From: Eutreptiella sp. 'Long Island Sound 2002'
Lineage: Eukaryota; Protista; Euglenida
Direction: 5' to 3'
DNA: 64,000 bases
Assembly: GCA_964036045.1 (NCBI GenBank)
Contig: OZ038378.1
Location: 82,708,001-82,772,000, forward strand
A program made the translations under genes and the position numbers. Below are positions 12,381 to 24,789 of the stretch, piece after piece. Every line of letters begins with the position of its first letter. Within the stretch, counting starts at the first letter, position 1. The notes under the pieces are model-generated. The model saw only the letters and a program-made list of their open reading frames with translations. It did not search any database and was not told the DNA's origin.

Positions 12381-13249
12381 CATGTACAGTGGTGCATTCA
12401 GTTTGGAATTGGCGCCCTTGCCACCAATGCCAATATGCGCACGACCTAGGAGTGAAACAAGGAGCAATTGAGGTTGGGGAAAATTCACATGGCCACTGAG
12501 TCAAAACACTAATTTTGGCAACGACAAAGGTGTCCGTTGATGTGCGCAAAGGACACGTGCATGCAACACACACCTACATTCCTACAACATGGGGTTTGCA
12601 TACTGAAACCACCATCGACGACCAGCAATCCAACGTGCTTTTTTGTGGAGATGATTTTTTCCCCCACATTGATGTGTCCCAAACCAATTGAAAGTTTATA
12701 GAGCCACATCTCCACAATGGTGTGGGACACCAAATTCAGTGTTACTGGATCAGCGAAATGCACCCTGGATTGAGTTCCAATGTCATGTGGGGTGGGGATG
12801 ATGTCGCATTTTCGGGAAATGAAGTCAACGATTGATCAGAATTGACGATTTTCAGACTCAAGGGAGCTTGATGGACCGATTTCAGAATTTCTGTCATGAA
12901 TGATGACAATCGGGAAAATGATGATGATGATGATGATGGGGATTTTGACTGCTTGTCCAATAATTCACCCATCGGATATGAAATCCATGAATCATCCTGA
13001 AATGTGCTGCACATTACATCCGTAGTGTGGATGATGGTGTCATCTGCAGTGGCAGGGGATGGCTGTGCACTCACGAAGTCCTTGTCCAGATGCTGGGCGA
13101 GAATGGTGGAGACATCTTCATCATCCGACTGATTCTTGAATTTGGGACTCCAAACCGGCATCATCAGGTCAGTATCTTCCTCATATCGAAATCCCACGAC
13201 TAAAATCCGAGCAATTTCCACTTCTGATGGTAGGGCGTCGAGCCGTCAA

Positions 13250-14850
13250 CCAGCCGTCAACTGGAACAGCCCTGGTACCCCCCTTCCAAGGCGTGGGACC
13301 CAGTGCCTTGCCATTTTCCCTCAGGAACAGCTTGGTGTGGAGCGGAAAAGTGTAATCCGCCAGGGTGATGGCGTCCAATGCGCCCCGATAGTCAGCCTCC
13401 TTGGACGGGCAGGTGGATGAATAATCCGGCAGCAACAGAATCCCCTAGGCCTTGTCTTTGATGAACTTCTGGACAACCCGTTCGAGCCATTCGAACGGGG
13501 GATTGGCCCAAATAAATTCCTTGGACCAAGAGCGCCGCCATGCATTGTCCGTCTCGGTCTAGTACCGAGGAAATCGGTGGTTGGCGGCCGAGGCGAAGGC
13601 GTCCACGGTGGGCGTGGGGCAGCCAAAATGATGGAGCAACGTCTGGAGGTGCTCCAATTTGATGGTGTAGGAGCTGGTAACCCAACGGGTGGGTCGATCA
13701 AGCAGGACATCCGGAGGCAATGACTGAGGGGCTGTCTCCACGGCAGAGACATCACCCTGTGATAGGGGTAGAAGGTAGAACAAGTCCTCCTCAGACTCCA
13801 TCATGACGCAACGACGGTGGGGCAAGGGTCCTATGGAGTTGTTGACCATAAAGGGGCACCCTAGAATGAGGTCGTAGCCGGAGATGTTGGCCCCGTAGAA
13901 GACATGGGAGAACCCCATGGGTGTGGCCGAGGAGTCAACTTGTGGAGCTTGGGAGCGCCAGAAGTGGAGGCTGAGATTGGCTTACTTAGTGCCTCCAATC
14001 ATGGGGATGCCGTTGGCCACCTTGAGCCGAACCGGCTGAGCGCTGGTGTGGAGGAGGGAGGGGTCCAGGAGCCCGCGGCGGACGAGATTAACCTAGGCCC
14101 CCGAGTCCAGCAGCACAAGTAGATCTCTGGCGGTGCCGCCAGGCAGGGTCACGGAGAATGTGAGCAACACCTAAGTTCGTTCGGCCGTGTGCCAAACTTG
14201 GTTGAGCTCGATGGAGGCGTCTTGCCTCAGGAGCTCCGACAGAGAGGAGGAGAGGACAATGGCCTTTGGTGCTGGCGTGTCTAGGGGGGCATCCTACCGG
14301 AGGAGCTCTGGCAGGGAGAAGGAAAGAGCAATCGCCCTGGGCGTCGGCGTTGCCCCGGCTGGGCATGCATTGGTGCAATGCCCCCCCTACTTGGCGGCCG
14401 TCTCTCCCCCCTTCTCCTTGCCCTTGCCCTTGCCCTTGTTGGGCGCCGCCTTGGCTGGTTTCTTCAACATCTCCTTCTCCTTCTCCCGCAGCTCATTAGT
14501 GAGCTCCACCGCGTACACTCCTTTCCACCCGGCGTCCAACACTCTGGCCAGTCGGGGAAGTATCCCCTTGGATGTCTGCTGCTTCGCCTTCACAAACGAC
14601 TGGCACACTTCACATGTTCTGTGGTTGTGGCACCACTCCTTCTTTCGGGCATGATTGCCCTCAAATTTCTTGTAGCAGGCGTAGCAACCTGATTCCTGGG
14701 GGTATTGTTGCACGAAATGGTCGAGTCCCAACACTCCACCGGAGGTAATCCGCTTCTGCCAGTCCTCCTTCGACACCTCATTCACCGAGGCGGTGTTGGA
14801 GTTGTCCTTGCGTGGGGGATTGTCCCCTCGGCGATGGTTGTCATACAATA
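13250..14850 (-). pseudogene. Retroelement polyprotein remnant: gag-like Cys/His region, retropepsin and N6-adenine methyltransferase
   Basis: Single minus-strand frame with in-frame stops. CYAC..H...C..H..C..C region. LLVLLDSGA*VN (D at 14105-07)...LKVANG...YDLILGCPFM (aspartic protease). Then VDAFASAANHRFPRY*TETDNAWRRSWSKEFIWANPPF (NPPF 13493-13504)..GILLLPDY. No RT, integrase or LTR found in the window. Confidence 0.8.
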
Positions 14851-15615
14851 TGCTGACACACATACATATGCCCACTATCACCAACGAACTATGCAATGTT
14901 ACACAGCATGCCGTGTGCATGTCATGTTGTGTACCGTGCAACATACCTGCAATATCATTTGCATAATTGCAGTGACTCAATGTTTTGTCAAAGGGGGCAC
15001 TTTTTTGACTCATGTCCATGTGTTGATTTCAAAAATTGCCATTTTCATGTTTTTTATTTTTTTCATCCCTGACCAGTCCCACGCAGGTGGCCTAGAATCG
15101 GCCCCTGACAGGAGAGCCGCACCGGGGGTCGGGGCTTCTTGAAAAAGAGGCTTCAGCGACCCCTGCCCCTTCTGGAGCAATGCAAACACACACACACACA
15201 CACACACGCCTGGGGGGCCCTTGCACAAGGGATGGGGCATGCACCGCTGGGATGTGGGGTGCAGTAGGGATGCAAATGACTGTACATAGGCTTGCTGTCG
15301 TGCTGAGAGGGAGGAAAGGCCACGGGGTGGAATCCAGACATTGCTGCAGTGCGAACATTGCTGTAGAGAGGTGGTGTATCATAGCGAACGCTATTGAGTT
15401 TGTTTAATGATTGGACGTCACATACACACACACACACACATACACGTTGAGACAAAGTGACGGCGGTTGGCGGCAGTTGTTCATCAACTGACGTCTGATG
15501 GTGGGTGACTGACGGCAGTTTGCAATACAGCGACAGTGGCACGTCTCGTTTTGTCTTCCAATAGATCTTGTACACGATGCATAGTCTCGCCCCCCCCCAT
15601 TCCGCTTGTCGTGAG

Positions 15616-16278
15616 GACACAAGCATCGACAACCCCACTTTCACGCAGCAGTGCACGGAAGGTCGCGGCTGCGAGGACGATCACAACACCCTGGCCCCCG
15701 ACCAGCTCAGCCCCCTCCGCTATGGTGCTGACGGCACCTTCTGCGGCACGGACTCCCCGGCCTCCGACTGCTGGGCCTCTGGGCCATGCAACTGGGCCTC
15801 GGACGAGGTCGCCCGCCTCATGTCCCCGGAGCTCATCCCACAAGTGGCCACAAGTGTCCGCTCTGGTGGGCCCAGGCCCATGGCCGGTCTATGTGCCCCG
15901 GACCAGCGACGCAGCCCTCCGTCCCCGGAGCTGATCTCTGGATGCGCCCCAGAGGCCCAGCCCGGCCCCGTCGCCGCGGCGGACTGTTATGCGTTCCGGC
16001 CGGCGATGCCTTTCGAGCAGCAGGCCCCCCGCTACTGTGCGCCCGAGGCAGACCGACTGGGCGACGGGCGGGTCTACCTCCGGAGCTGCAGTGACGCTGG
16101 CGCTGATGCAGTGGAACGAGGCAGTCCGTCCGTGAGCCCTGGGCCAGAGGATTACGGGGCAGGGCTGGAGCCCGATCTTCTTGACGTGTCGACGGACGTC
16201 GAGCCACAGAGGCAGCGCGGCGGGAGCAAGTGTGGCCCCTCATGCTGTACGGCATCCCCACGAGGACAGCACAAACAA
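15616..16278 (+). CDS. Probable host exon, unknown low-complexity protein
   Basis: About 220 stop-free codons with the high GC3 seen in the ATPase exons. Candidate AG at 15614-15 and GT at 16279-80. No domain recognised. Confidence 0.4.
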
Positions 16279-16323
16279 GTGGGGGGGGGGGGGGCGAGCG
16301 GACAAACGTTTCACTGTTGTTGT

Positions 16324-16639
16324 CAGGGCTGTCCTTAAGAAACCTAATTTTCTTTTTTCTGTTAAGGACAGCCCTCAAGGGCCACCAACCGCCAACCGCC
16401 ACCAACCGCCAACCGCCAACCGCCACCAACTGCTAAGTGCCAACCGCCATCCGCCGCCAACCAACAACCACCAACCACCAACCACCAATCGCCAACCGCC
16501 GCCAGCCGCCAACCATTCTTCAGTACTGTTCTTGTGGTTTTTTGTCGTGCCCATGTCTGGACCATCAATCGTAGAGCGTACCCGTGACCGTTCGTTTCTG
16601 TTGGCGTTACGAACCCTTTTTCCCTTCAGGACAGCCCTG
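16324..16639. mobile_element. hAT-like MITE with (CCAACCG)n interior
   Basis: 12-bp TIR CAGGGCTGTCCT / AGGACAGCCCTG. Flanks GTTGTTGT and GCAGTTGT (6/8 match). Extra internal inverted copy forming a 14-bp stem (16325-16375). CCAACCG repeats at ~16384-16515. Confidence 0.6.
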
Positions 16640-17536
16640 GCAGTTGTTACAGCTGGTGTTGTTGTTGTTATTGTTGTTGTTGTTGTTCAGCACCCTGCGC
16701 CCCTCTGTTAGCACTTTGCAGCCCTCTGTCAGCACATTACCGGCCTCTCTGAGCATCCTGCAGCCGTCTTTCGACACCCTGCGGCCCCCTGCGAGCCCCC
16801 CGCACCCCGACGGATGATTCGACTAGAAAAAAAATCCGTTGATCGTTCTTTTTTTAGGGTTGCACAGAACTTCAAAAAGGAGTGGGAAGAAGAGCTGGTG
16901 CAAATTGGTGTGTGAAGTGAGCACTGTAAAAACACACTATCAGAGCAAGAACCTACCGCATATCAGCTTTTGTGACGGGAACTGGGTGTTGCAGGTGTTG
17001 CGGGGCTGATGTGCGGAGATTGCCAGTAAAGGCGGAGACAGTGTGTACGAGCTGCAAGAGATAGATATGACAGAAAGAGAAATGGTAAGCAGAACCAGGC
17101 GGTAGCGGACACGTTGTGTCAGGGGTGAGAGGAAGTAAAAGAACACAGGATAACATGCAACAAATGGATAAGAGAATGGGGGCTGAGGAGGCAGACAAGC
17201 GCACAGAGGGCACACAAGGTGCAGAGGCGTGGCACCCGCACGAGGGGAGCTGGGCTTAGACAAGGGCCGCCAGGTAAGCCCGGCATAACAACCATGGTGA
17301 GGGGTTGCCATCCAGTAGCTCTTGATAGGGGTCTGTATTACTCAGAGTACGTCCAGCAAAGGGTCCACCTACGCCTTCGCTTAGCTCACCTTAATTCGGT
17401 TTTACCTCGTCAATCCTAAACCTTGAGAGACCGTCTCAATTTGGTCCCTGAGTTGGGCTTGGCAAATGCCCAAACACCTGCGCCCCAACCCTCATTTGCG
17501 CCGCCTTCCGCCCACGCACTTCGTTCCCCCTCACAG

Positions 17537-17731
17537 ACCGCGGGAGGCTGTCGGTCAGCGTGAGTGGATGGTGCAGATCCCCGATGACCTCCCCCTCGGC
17601 GAGATCCAGTCCATCCCGGGCACCCACAACTCGGGGGCCTGCCGCAGCAAGAGCCTCCTGAACCGCACTGCCTGGCCCTGGGCGCGATGCCAGAGCAGTG
17701 ACCTGCAGGAGCAACTGGCGATGGGGGTCCG
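17537..17731 (+). CDS. Exon of a PI-specific phospholipase C X-domain protein (PLCXD/bacterial-type)
   Basis: EWMVQIPDDLPLGEIQSIPGTHNSGA...WARCQSSDLQEQLAMGVR matches the PI-PLC-X N-terminus (SIPGTHN catalytic His; QL..GVR). Acceptor tcacAG at 17535-36, donor GTgcgg at 17732. Confidence 0.85.
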
Positions 17732-17839
17732 GTGCGGAGCCTGCCCACTGCTGCTGCTGTTCGTGCGTGCGTGCGGAGCAGGGGGAGAGAGGCGGCGGCA
17801 GGGCAGGGCAGGGCGGTCCACGCTTTGGTTTTGGCATTC

Positions 17840-20800
17840 AGGGCTGCCGAAGTGGCCCACAAGCAGGCCGGATGGCTACATAACTTGTGCCGCCTGGGGG
17901 GGGTGGGGTCCCCAACGCTTCAAAGTGCAGGACAAAATCAGAGGTGGCCTACAAGTGGGCCGGGTTTCTACATGACCCGCGCTGACCGCGGGGTCCCCTA
18001 CGCTTCAGACTTGGGGACAAAATAGGAAGTGGCCCACAAGTGGGCCGGGTCGCTGCATAACCCTTGCTGCATGGAGGGTCCCCAACGCTTCAGAGCAGGG
18101 GACAACATCAGAAGTGGCCCACTTGGCTACATAACCCCAACCGTCTGAGGGTTACCCAATGGTTTGGGTCAGCCGACAAAATCAAAGGTGGCCAACAAGT
18201 GGGGAGGGTAGCTACATAACCATTGCTGCCCTGGGGTTCCCCAACGCTTAAGAGCGGGGCACAAAATCAGAGCTGCCCCAAAAGTGGCCCGGGTGGCTAC
18301 ATGACCCCTGCTGCCCGGGGAGTTGCCCAACTTCGAAGTGGAGCACCAAATCAGAGGTGGCCCACAAGTGCGCCACGTGGCAGCAAAACCCCCATCCCTT
18401 GGAGGGTCCCCAACGCTTCAGATTGGGGGTCAAAATCAGAGTTGGCCTACAAGTGGGCCAGGTGGCTACATAACCCCTACCTCACGGAGGGTCCCCAACG
18501 TTGTAGAGCGGGGGACAAAATCAGAACTGGCCCAAAACGGGCTGGGTGGCTACATATTCCTTACCGCTTGGGGGGGGGGTCCCCAAGGCTTCAAAGCGGG
18601 GGACAAAATTGGAGGTGGCCCAAAAGTGGGCCGGGTGGCTATATAACCCGTGCTGCCTTGGGGGTCCCCAAAGTTTCAAAGCGGGGGACAAAATCAGAGG
18701 TGGCTACATAACCCTACCGCTTGGGGGTCCCCAACGCTACATTGCGGGGGACAAAATCAGAAGTGGCCTACAAGTTGGCCGGGGGGATACATGCCCCGTG
18801 CCGCATAGTGAGGGTCCCCAACGCTTCACCACGGGGGACAGAATCAGAGTTGGTCCACAAGTAGGCCGGTTGGCTACATAGCCCCTGCCGGCATGGAGGT
18901 TTCCAATGCTTGAGGGCGGGGGGCCAAATCACAAGTGGCCCGCCACTAGGCCGCGTGGATACATAACCCTTGCCCTGTGGCGAGTCTTAAACGCTTCAGG
19001 GCCGTGTGGCCGAATAACCCTTGCCGGCCAGGGGCTGTGAATGCTGCTGAGAGGGGGACAAAATCAGAAGTGGCCCACACCTCGGCCGGGTGGCTACGTA
19101 ACCCCCGGCACCTTGGAGGGTTCCCAACGCTTTAGAGCAAGGGACAAGTTTAGAGGTGGCCCCCAAGTGGGCCCGCGGGCTACATAACCCCTAGCGCCCG
19201 GCGTCCCCAACGCTTCAGGGCGGAGGACAAAGTCCGAAGTGGCCACTCGGCTACGTAACTCCTACCGCCTGGGTGGTGCCACACCTGTGTGCCAGGTGGA
19301 TACAGAAGTGCTGCCACCTAGGGGGTCCCCAACGCTTCAGAGCGGGGAACAGAATCGGAGGTGGCCCACAAGTGGGCTAGGTGGCTACGTAACCGCTACG
19401 GTTTCGGTGCTCCCCAAAGCTTCGGAGAGGGGGAGGAAATCAAAAGTGGACCACAAGTGGGCCGGGTGGATACATAACCCCTGCCGCCTGCGGGGTCCCC
19501 AATGCGTAAGAGCGGGAACCAAAATCAGACCTGGCCCACACGTGCGCAAGGTAGCTACATAACCCCTGCCGCCTCGGAGGGTCCATTTGTCCCGCCCTCT
19601 TAAGTGTTGGGGATCCCTAGGCCCAGGGGATATGTAGCCATCCGGCCCGCTTGTGGACCACCTGTGATTTTGTCCCCCGATATGAAGCGTTGGGGATGAG
19701 CAAGGCGGCAAGGGTCATGTGGCCACGCGGCTAAGTTGTAGGCCACTTCTCATCTCGTCCCCCGTTCTAAAGCTATGGGGACCCTCCCAGGCGGTAGGGT
19801 TTATGTAGCCACGCAGCCCACTTGTGGGCTACCTCCAATTTTATCCCCCACTCTAAAGCGTCGGGGACGCCCCATGCCGGAGGGGTTATGTAGCCCAGCC
19901 CACTTTTGGGCCACCTCTGATTTTGTCCCTCGCTGTGTAGCGTTGGTGACCCCTTAGGCAGTAGGGGTTATGTATCCACTCAGCCCACTAGTGTGGCCTT
20001 TCTGATTTTGTCCCCCGCGTTGAAGCTTTGTGGATCCCCAAGACGGTAGGGGTTATGTGGCCAGACGGCCCACTTGTGGGCCACCTCTGATTTTGTTCCC
20101 CGTTATAAAGCGTTGGTCACACCCCATGCGGTTCGGGTATGTATCCACTCAGCCCATTTGTGTGGCACCTCTAGTTTTGTCTCCCACACTGAAGTGTCGG
20201 GGAGCCCCTATGCGAATAGGACTTATGTTGTCACCGGGCCCACTTGTGGGCCACTTCTGATTTTGTCGCCCGCTTCATAGCTTTGGGGACCCCCAAGGGG
20301 GCACGGATTATGTAGCCAACCGGCCCACTTGTGGGATCCTTCTGATTTTGTCCGCTGTTTTGAGGTATTGGTGACCCCCCAAGCGGTGGTATGTAGCCAC
20401 CCAGCCCATTTGCGGGCCACTCTTGACTTCGTCCCCTGCTCTCAAGCCTTGGGGACCCTCAAGCCGTAGGGGTTATGTAGCCACCCGGCCCAATTGTGGG
20501 CCACTTCTGATTTTCTTACCCGCTCTCAAGCGTTGGGGAACCCCCTAGGCCACTTCTGCTTTTGTACCCCACGCTGAAGCGTGACGGACCCCCAACGTGG
20601 TAGGGGTTATGTAGCCACCCGGCCTACTTGTTGGCCACTTCTCATTTTGTCCGCCGCTCTGAAGCATTTGGGACCCCCCACCTGGTAGGGGATATGTAGC
20701 CACCACTTCTGATTTTGTCCTCCGCTATGAAGCATTGGGGAGCCCGCAGGCGGCAAGGGTTATGTACCCACTCAGCCCACTTGTTGGTCATTTCTCATTT

Positions 20801-23180
20801 TTTCCCCCGCTCCGAAGCATTAGGGACCGCCCAGGCCGTAGGGTTTATTTAGCCGACCGGCCCACTTGTGGGCCAGCTATGATTTTCTCCCCTGTTGTGA
20901 AGCGATGGGGATCCCCAAACCATGGGGGTTACGTAGCCAGCCGGCCCACTTGTGGGAGACTTCTATGCCGGGTGGCTATGTAACTGCCACCGCCTGCGGT
21001 GTCCCCGACGCTTTAGAGCAGGGGACAAAGTCAAAAGTGGCCCACTTCAGGGCCGGGTGGCTACAAAACCCCTGTGGCCTGGGGGACCTGCCAACCCTTT
21101 AGAGCGGGGGATAAAGTCACAAATCTCCCACAAGTGGGCCGGCTAGCTCCATAACCCTTATGGCGTGGGATCCCCCAACTCTTCAAAGCGGAAAAGCGGA
21201 GGACAAAGTCATAGGTGGCCCACAAGTGGGCCGCGTGGCTGCATAACCCCTACCGCCTCGGGGTTTCCCAACGCTTCAGAGCGGGACACAAAATCAGAGC
21301 GGGCCCACAAGTGAGCCGGCTGGCTACATAGCCTTTGCTGCCTTGGGTTCCCCAACGCTGCAGAGGGGGGAACAAAATCAGAGCTGGCCCACAAGTGGGC
21401 CGGGCTACATAAACCTCGCCGCACAAGTGAACCGGTCGGCTACATAGCCCCTACGGCCTCGGGGGTCCCCAACGCTTCTGGGGGGGGGGGGGGGGACAGT
21501 AGAAGTTCCCCCCCAGTCAACCGGCTGGCTACATCATCCCCGCAGCTAGGGGGGTCCCCAAAGCTTCATAGCGGGGGACAAAATCAGAAGTGGCCCGTCC
21601 CCAGTGCTTCGGAGCAGGGGACAAACTCAGAGGTTGCCCTCAAGTGGGCCGGGTGGCTAGATAGCCTCTACCGCCTTGAGGGGGTACTCAAGGCTTCAAA
21701 GTGGTGGACAAAGCAGATATGCCCCACGGGTGGGCGGGGTGGCTACATAAGCACCGCCGCCTCCGAAGGTCCCCAACGTTCCTGTGAAGGGGACAAATGC
21801 TAGAAAGCCGGGGGACGAAATTAGCGTTTGCTCACACGTTGGCTACGTGGCTACATAAGGTATGCCGTTTGGGGGGTCCCCAACTCTTTAGAGCGGGTGG
21901 CCCACAAGCGGGCCGGGTGGCTGCAGAACTCCTATCGCCTTTTGGGGTTCCCCAATACTTAAGAGCGGGGTACGAAATCAGAGCTAGGCCAAAAGTGGGC
22001 TGCTGAAGAGGGGGAGCAAAATATGGGCCGGCCTATAAACAGGCCGAGTGGCTACCCGACCCGTGCTGCCATGGGGGTCTCCAAAGTGGGGGGCAAAATC
22101 AGAAGTGCCCCACAGATGGGCCGGGTGGCTACATAACCCCTACCGCCTTGGGGGTCCCCAACACTTAAGCGGGGGATAAAGTTAGAGGTCACCCACAAGT
22201 GGGCAGGGCGGCTACATAGCCTCTACCGCCTTGGGGGGCCTCCCCAACTCTTCAAAGTAGGCAGCAAAATCATAGGTGGCACACAAGTGGGCTAGCTAGC
22301 TATATTACCCCTACCGCCTGGGAGGTCCCCGGCGCTCCACGTTGGGGGACAAAACCAGAGGTGGTCCACAAGTGGGCCGGGTGGCTATAAAGCGGCCGCC
22401 GCATCGGGGGCCCCCAACGTTTGAGAGAGGCGCACAATATCACAAGTGGCCCACAAGTGGGCCGGGTGGCTACATAACCCTCATTGCTTGGCGGCGTCCC
22501 CAGGTCTTTAGAGCGCTAGACAAAATCGAAGTTGGCGCAAAAGTGGGCCGGACGGTTACATAACCCTCGCCACTTGAGGGCTCACCAACCTTTCACGGCC
22601 AGGGACAAAATCACATGTGGCTGTCAAGGGGGACGGGTGGCTACATATCCCCTACGGCCTAGGGGGGTCACCAACGCTTCAAAGCGGAGGACAAAATCAG
22701 ACGTTGCCCGCAACTGGGGCGGCGCGCTACGTAACCTCGATTGCCTGGGGGTCGCCAACGCTTCGGAGCGGGGGACAAAATGCGTCATGGCCCGCCATTG
22801 GTCCGGGTGGCTATATAATCCTTGCCACCTTGGGGGTCTCCAACACCTCAAAGCGGGGGACAAGTTGAAGGAGGCCTAAAAGTGATTCGGGTGACTGCAT
22901 AACCCCTACCGCCTGGGGGGTCACGGACGCTCCACAACGGGCGACAATATCGGTGGTAGCCCACAAGCTGGCCCCGCCACACAACCCCTACCACATGGCG
23001 GGTCCCGAATGCTTCGGAGGGGGGATGAAATCACAAGTGGCCCATATGTGCGCTACTTGGCTGCAAAACCCCTACCGCCTCGGAGGGTCGCTGATGCTTT
23101 AGAGGGGGGACAACAACCGAGGTGGCTTGGAATTGGGCCCGGTGGCTACATAACCCCTACTTCATTTCTCGGGTCCATAA
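17840..23180. repeat. ~84-bp satellite array (+ strand, inverted block ~19584-20965)
   Basis: Consensus GGGGGTCCCCAACGCTTCAGAGCGGGGGACAAAATCAGAAGTGGCCCACAAGTGGGCCGGGTGGCTACATAACCCCTGCCGCCT. Period 82-85 bp; monomers diverged. Confidence 0.95.
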
Positions 23181-24789
23181 CCTTTCGGATACGTATTGCG
23201 CGTACCATTCAATATACCTCACTCAATATGCAGCATGCATAATGTATATATGTCTATACATATTGTAGTGGTATAAATGCGGTGGTCCTCTATGATATCT
23301 ACAAGAGCAAACCACATCTAGGGGCGGGGAAGACACCACTAAGGAAGAGCAACGACAATGTATGCATGCATGCCAATTACAAGGTTTGGGAAAGAAAAGC
23401 AGGTAATCCATAGTGTTGCACAAATGGCGGACTTCAGTTTTCGGGAAAGCATTGTGTGTCGCAGAAGCACCAAAAATACAGTTGAGAACGCAATGAAACT
23501 TGATCTGATTTGTGACGTGACACTATGTCGCTCTGTGTGTTCTAAAACAATCCGCACATTCCAATGTTGTCCTTGTGAAAAGAGAAGCATGTTCGCATGC
23601 AAGAGCATCAGTTTTCACCTGATCTGACAAAGGGACCAGAGATCAAGGTGTTGTGCATCGCCCGATTAGGTGAGTTCTCTGTAGCAATTACCTATCGGTG
23701 TTGCAAACGTGTGCATCACTCCTTTTACTTCAGCCTAATGCATTGTCCATACACGACGCCGTCTGCCCCCCGTGAAAATGTGCGCTCTTAGCGAAGGAGC
23801 ACCAACAAGGACACATTGAGTGCGGCTAATCCTCGGGTTGCGGATGAGCTTCATTCCAGAGTTGGGGATTTTCTCTGCAATCGGCGACTTCATGAAATGA
23901 AACTGCCCTAACAATGAGGTATATGATCGGGAGGTAAAGACAGTCGGGGAAATCACATGTTGCGGATGACGGGATAGATTCTTTCCGGAAGGTGAAAAAT
24001 CTCACGTTCTTGTTTCTTCTTCATGGGTTCAAACAAAGTGGTGCAACAAGTGAGCATGCAACAAGCAAGGCTTCGTCATTATCATAGGAGTCATGCAAAT
24101 CAAGTGACCGAAGATGGTACATGGGGGATTGCCGGATCCAATATGGTGAATTTGCACTGCATTACATTCCATTTGTCTTGTGTACTCTACAATTACCAAT
24201 GGTATGTGGAAACTAGTTGCACAAAACCATCATATGACGTGACGTGAATGGTGTATTTCAATGCGTCATTCAGCGGTGAGTGCTCAACAGTCCCCCATAA
24301 CATTGTTTTTGAAGACCATTTTTGAATCATTTCACTGACAAGGAGCAAGCTACCGTCCTTTGTCCTTTGCAACATGGCAAAGAAATCCTTTGTACATTCA
24401 ATTTTGGTGTCAAAGTTGCTTCAAAATGATAGAATAATGCAGTTACCAATTCCAACCAATCTCGGAAATGCAGGGAAACATCATCGGCAAATAGGGAAGG
24501 ATCCGAACACTCTTTAGTGGATCCGGCGGGATGGAGAGGTACATAAAATTCAACTGCCAAACATGAATGGATCAGGCATCCATCTGCTCCACATGGACTC
24601 GTCTCATTTTCGCAACAAATCTGCCAACACATATTCCTTGGTGCATTCGAAGAACATGTTGGCAAAAGAGCTATTAAACCCTTGAAGAAGGTCCCCTATT
24701 ATTAGCGGCATCCTTGCCGACAACAAGCTCCATTCATTGTTTTCACAAAAAAAAAAAAAGAGGGGCCCGCGGCCGGTCATCAAGAATGG

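Noticed and set aside
12400-15100. LTRs, RT or integrase for the gag-PR-MTase element
   Set aside because: No flanking direct repeats or RT/IN motifs found. ORF 12742-13221 is low-complexity and compositionally distinct.
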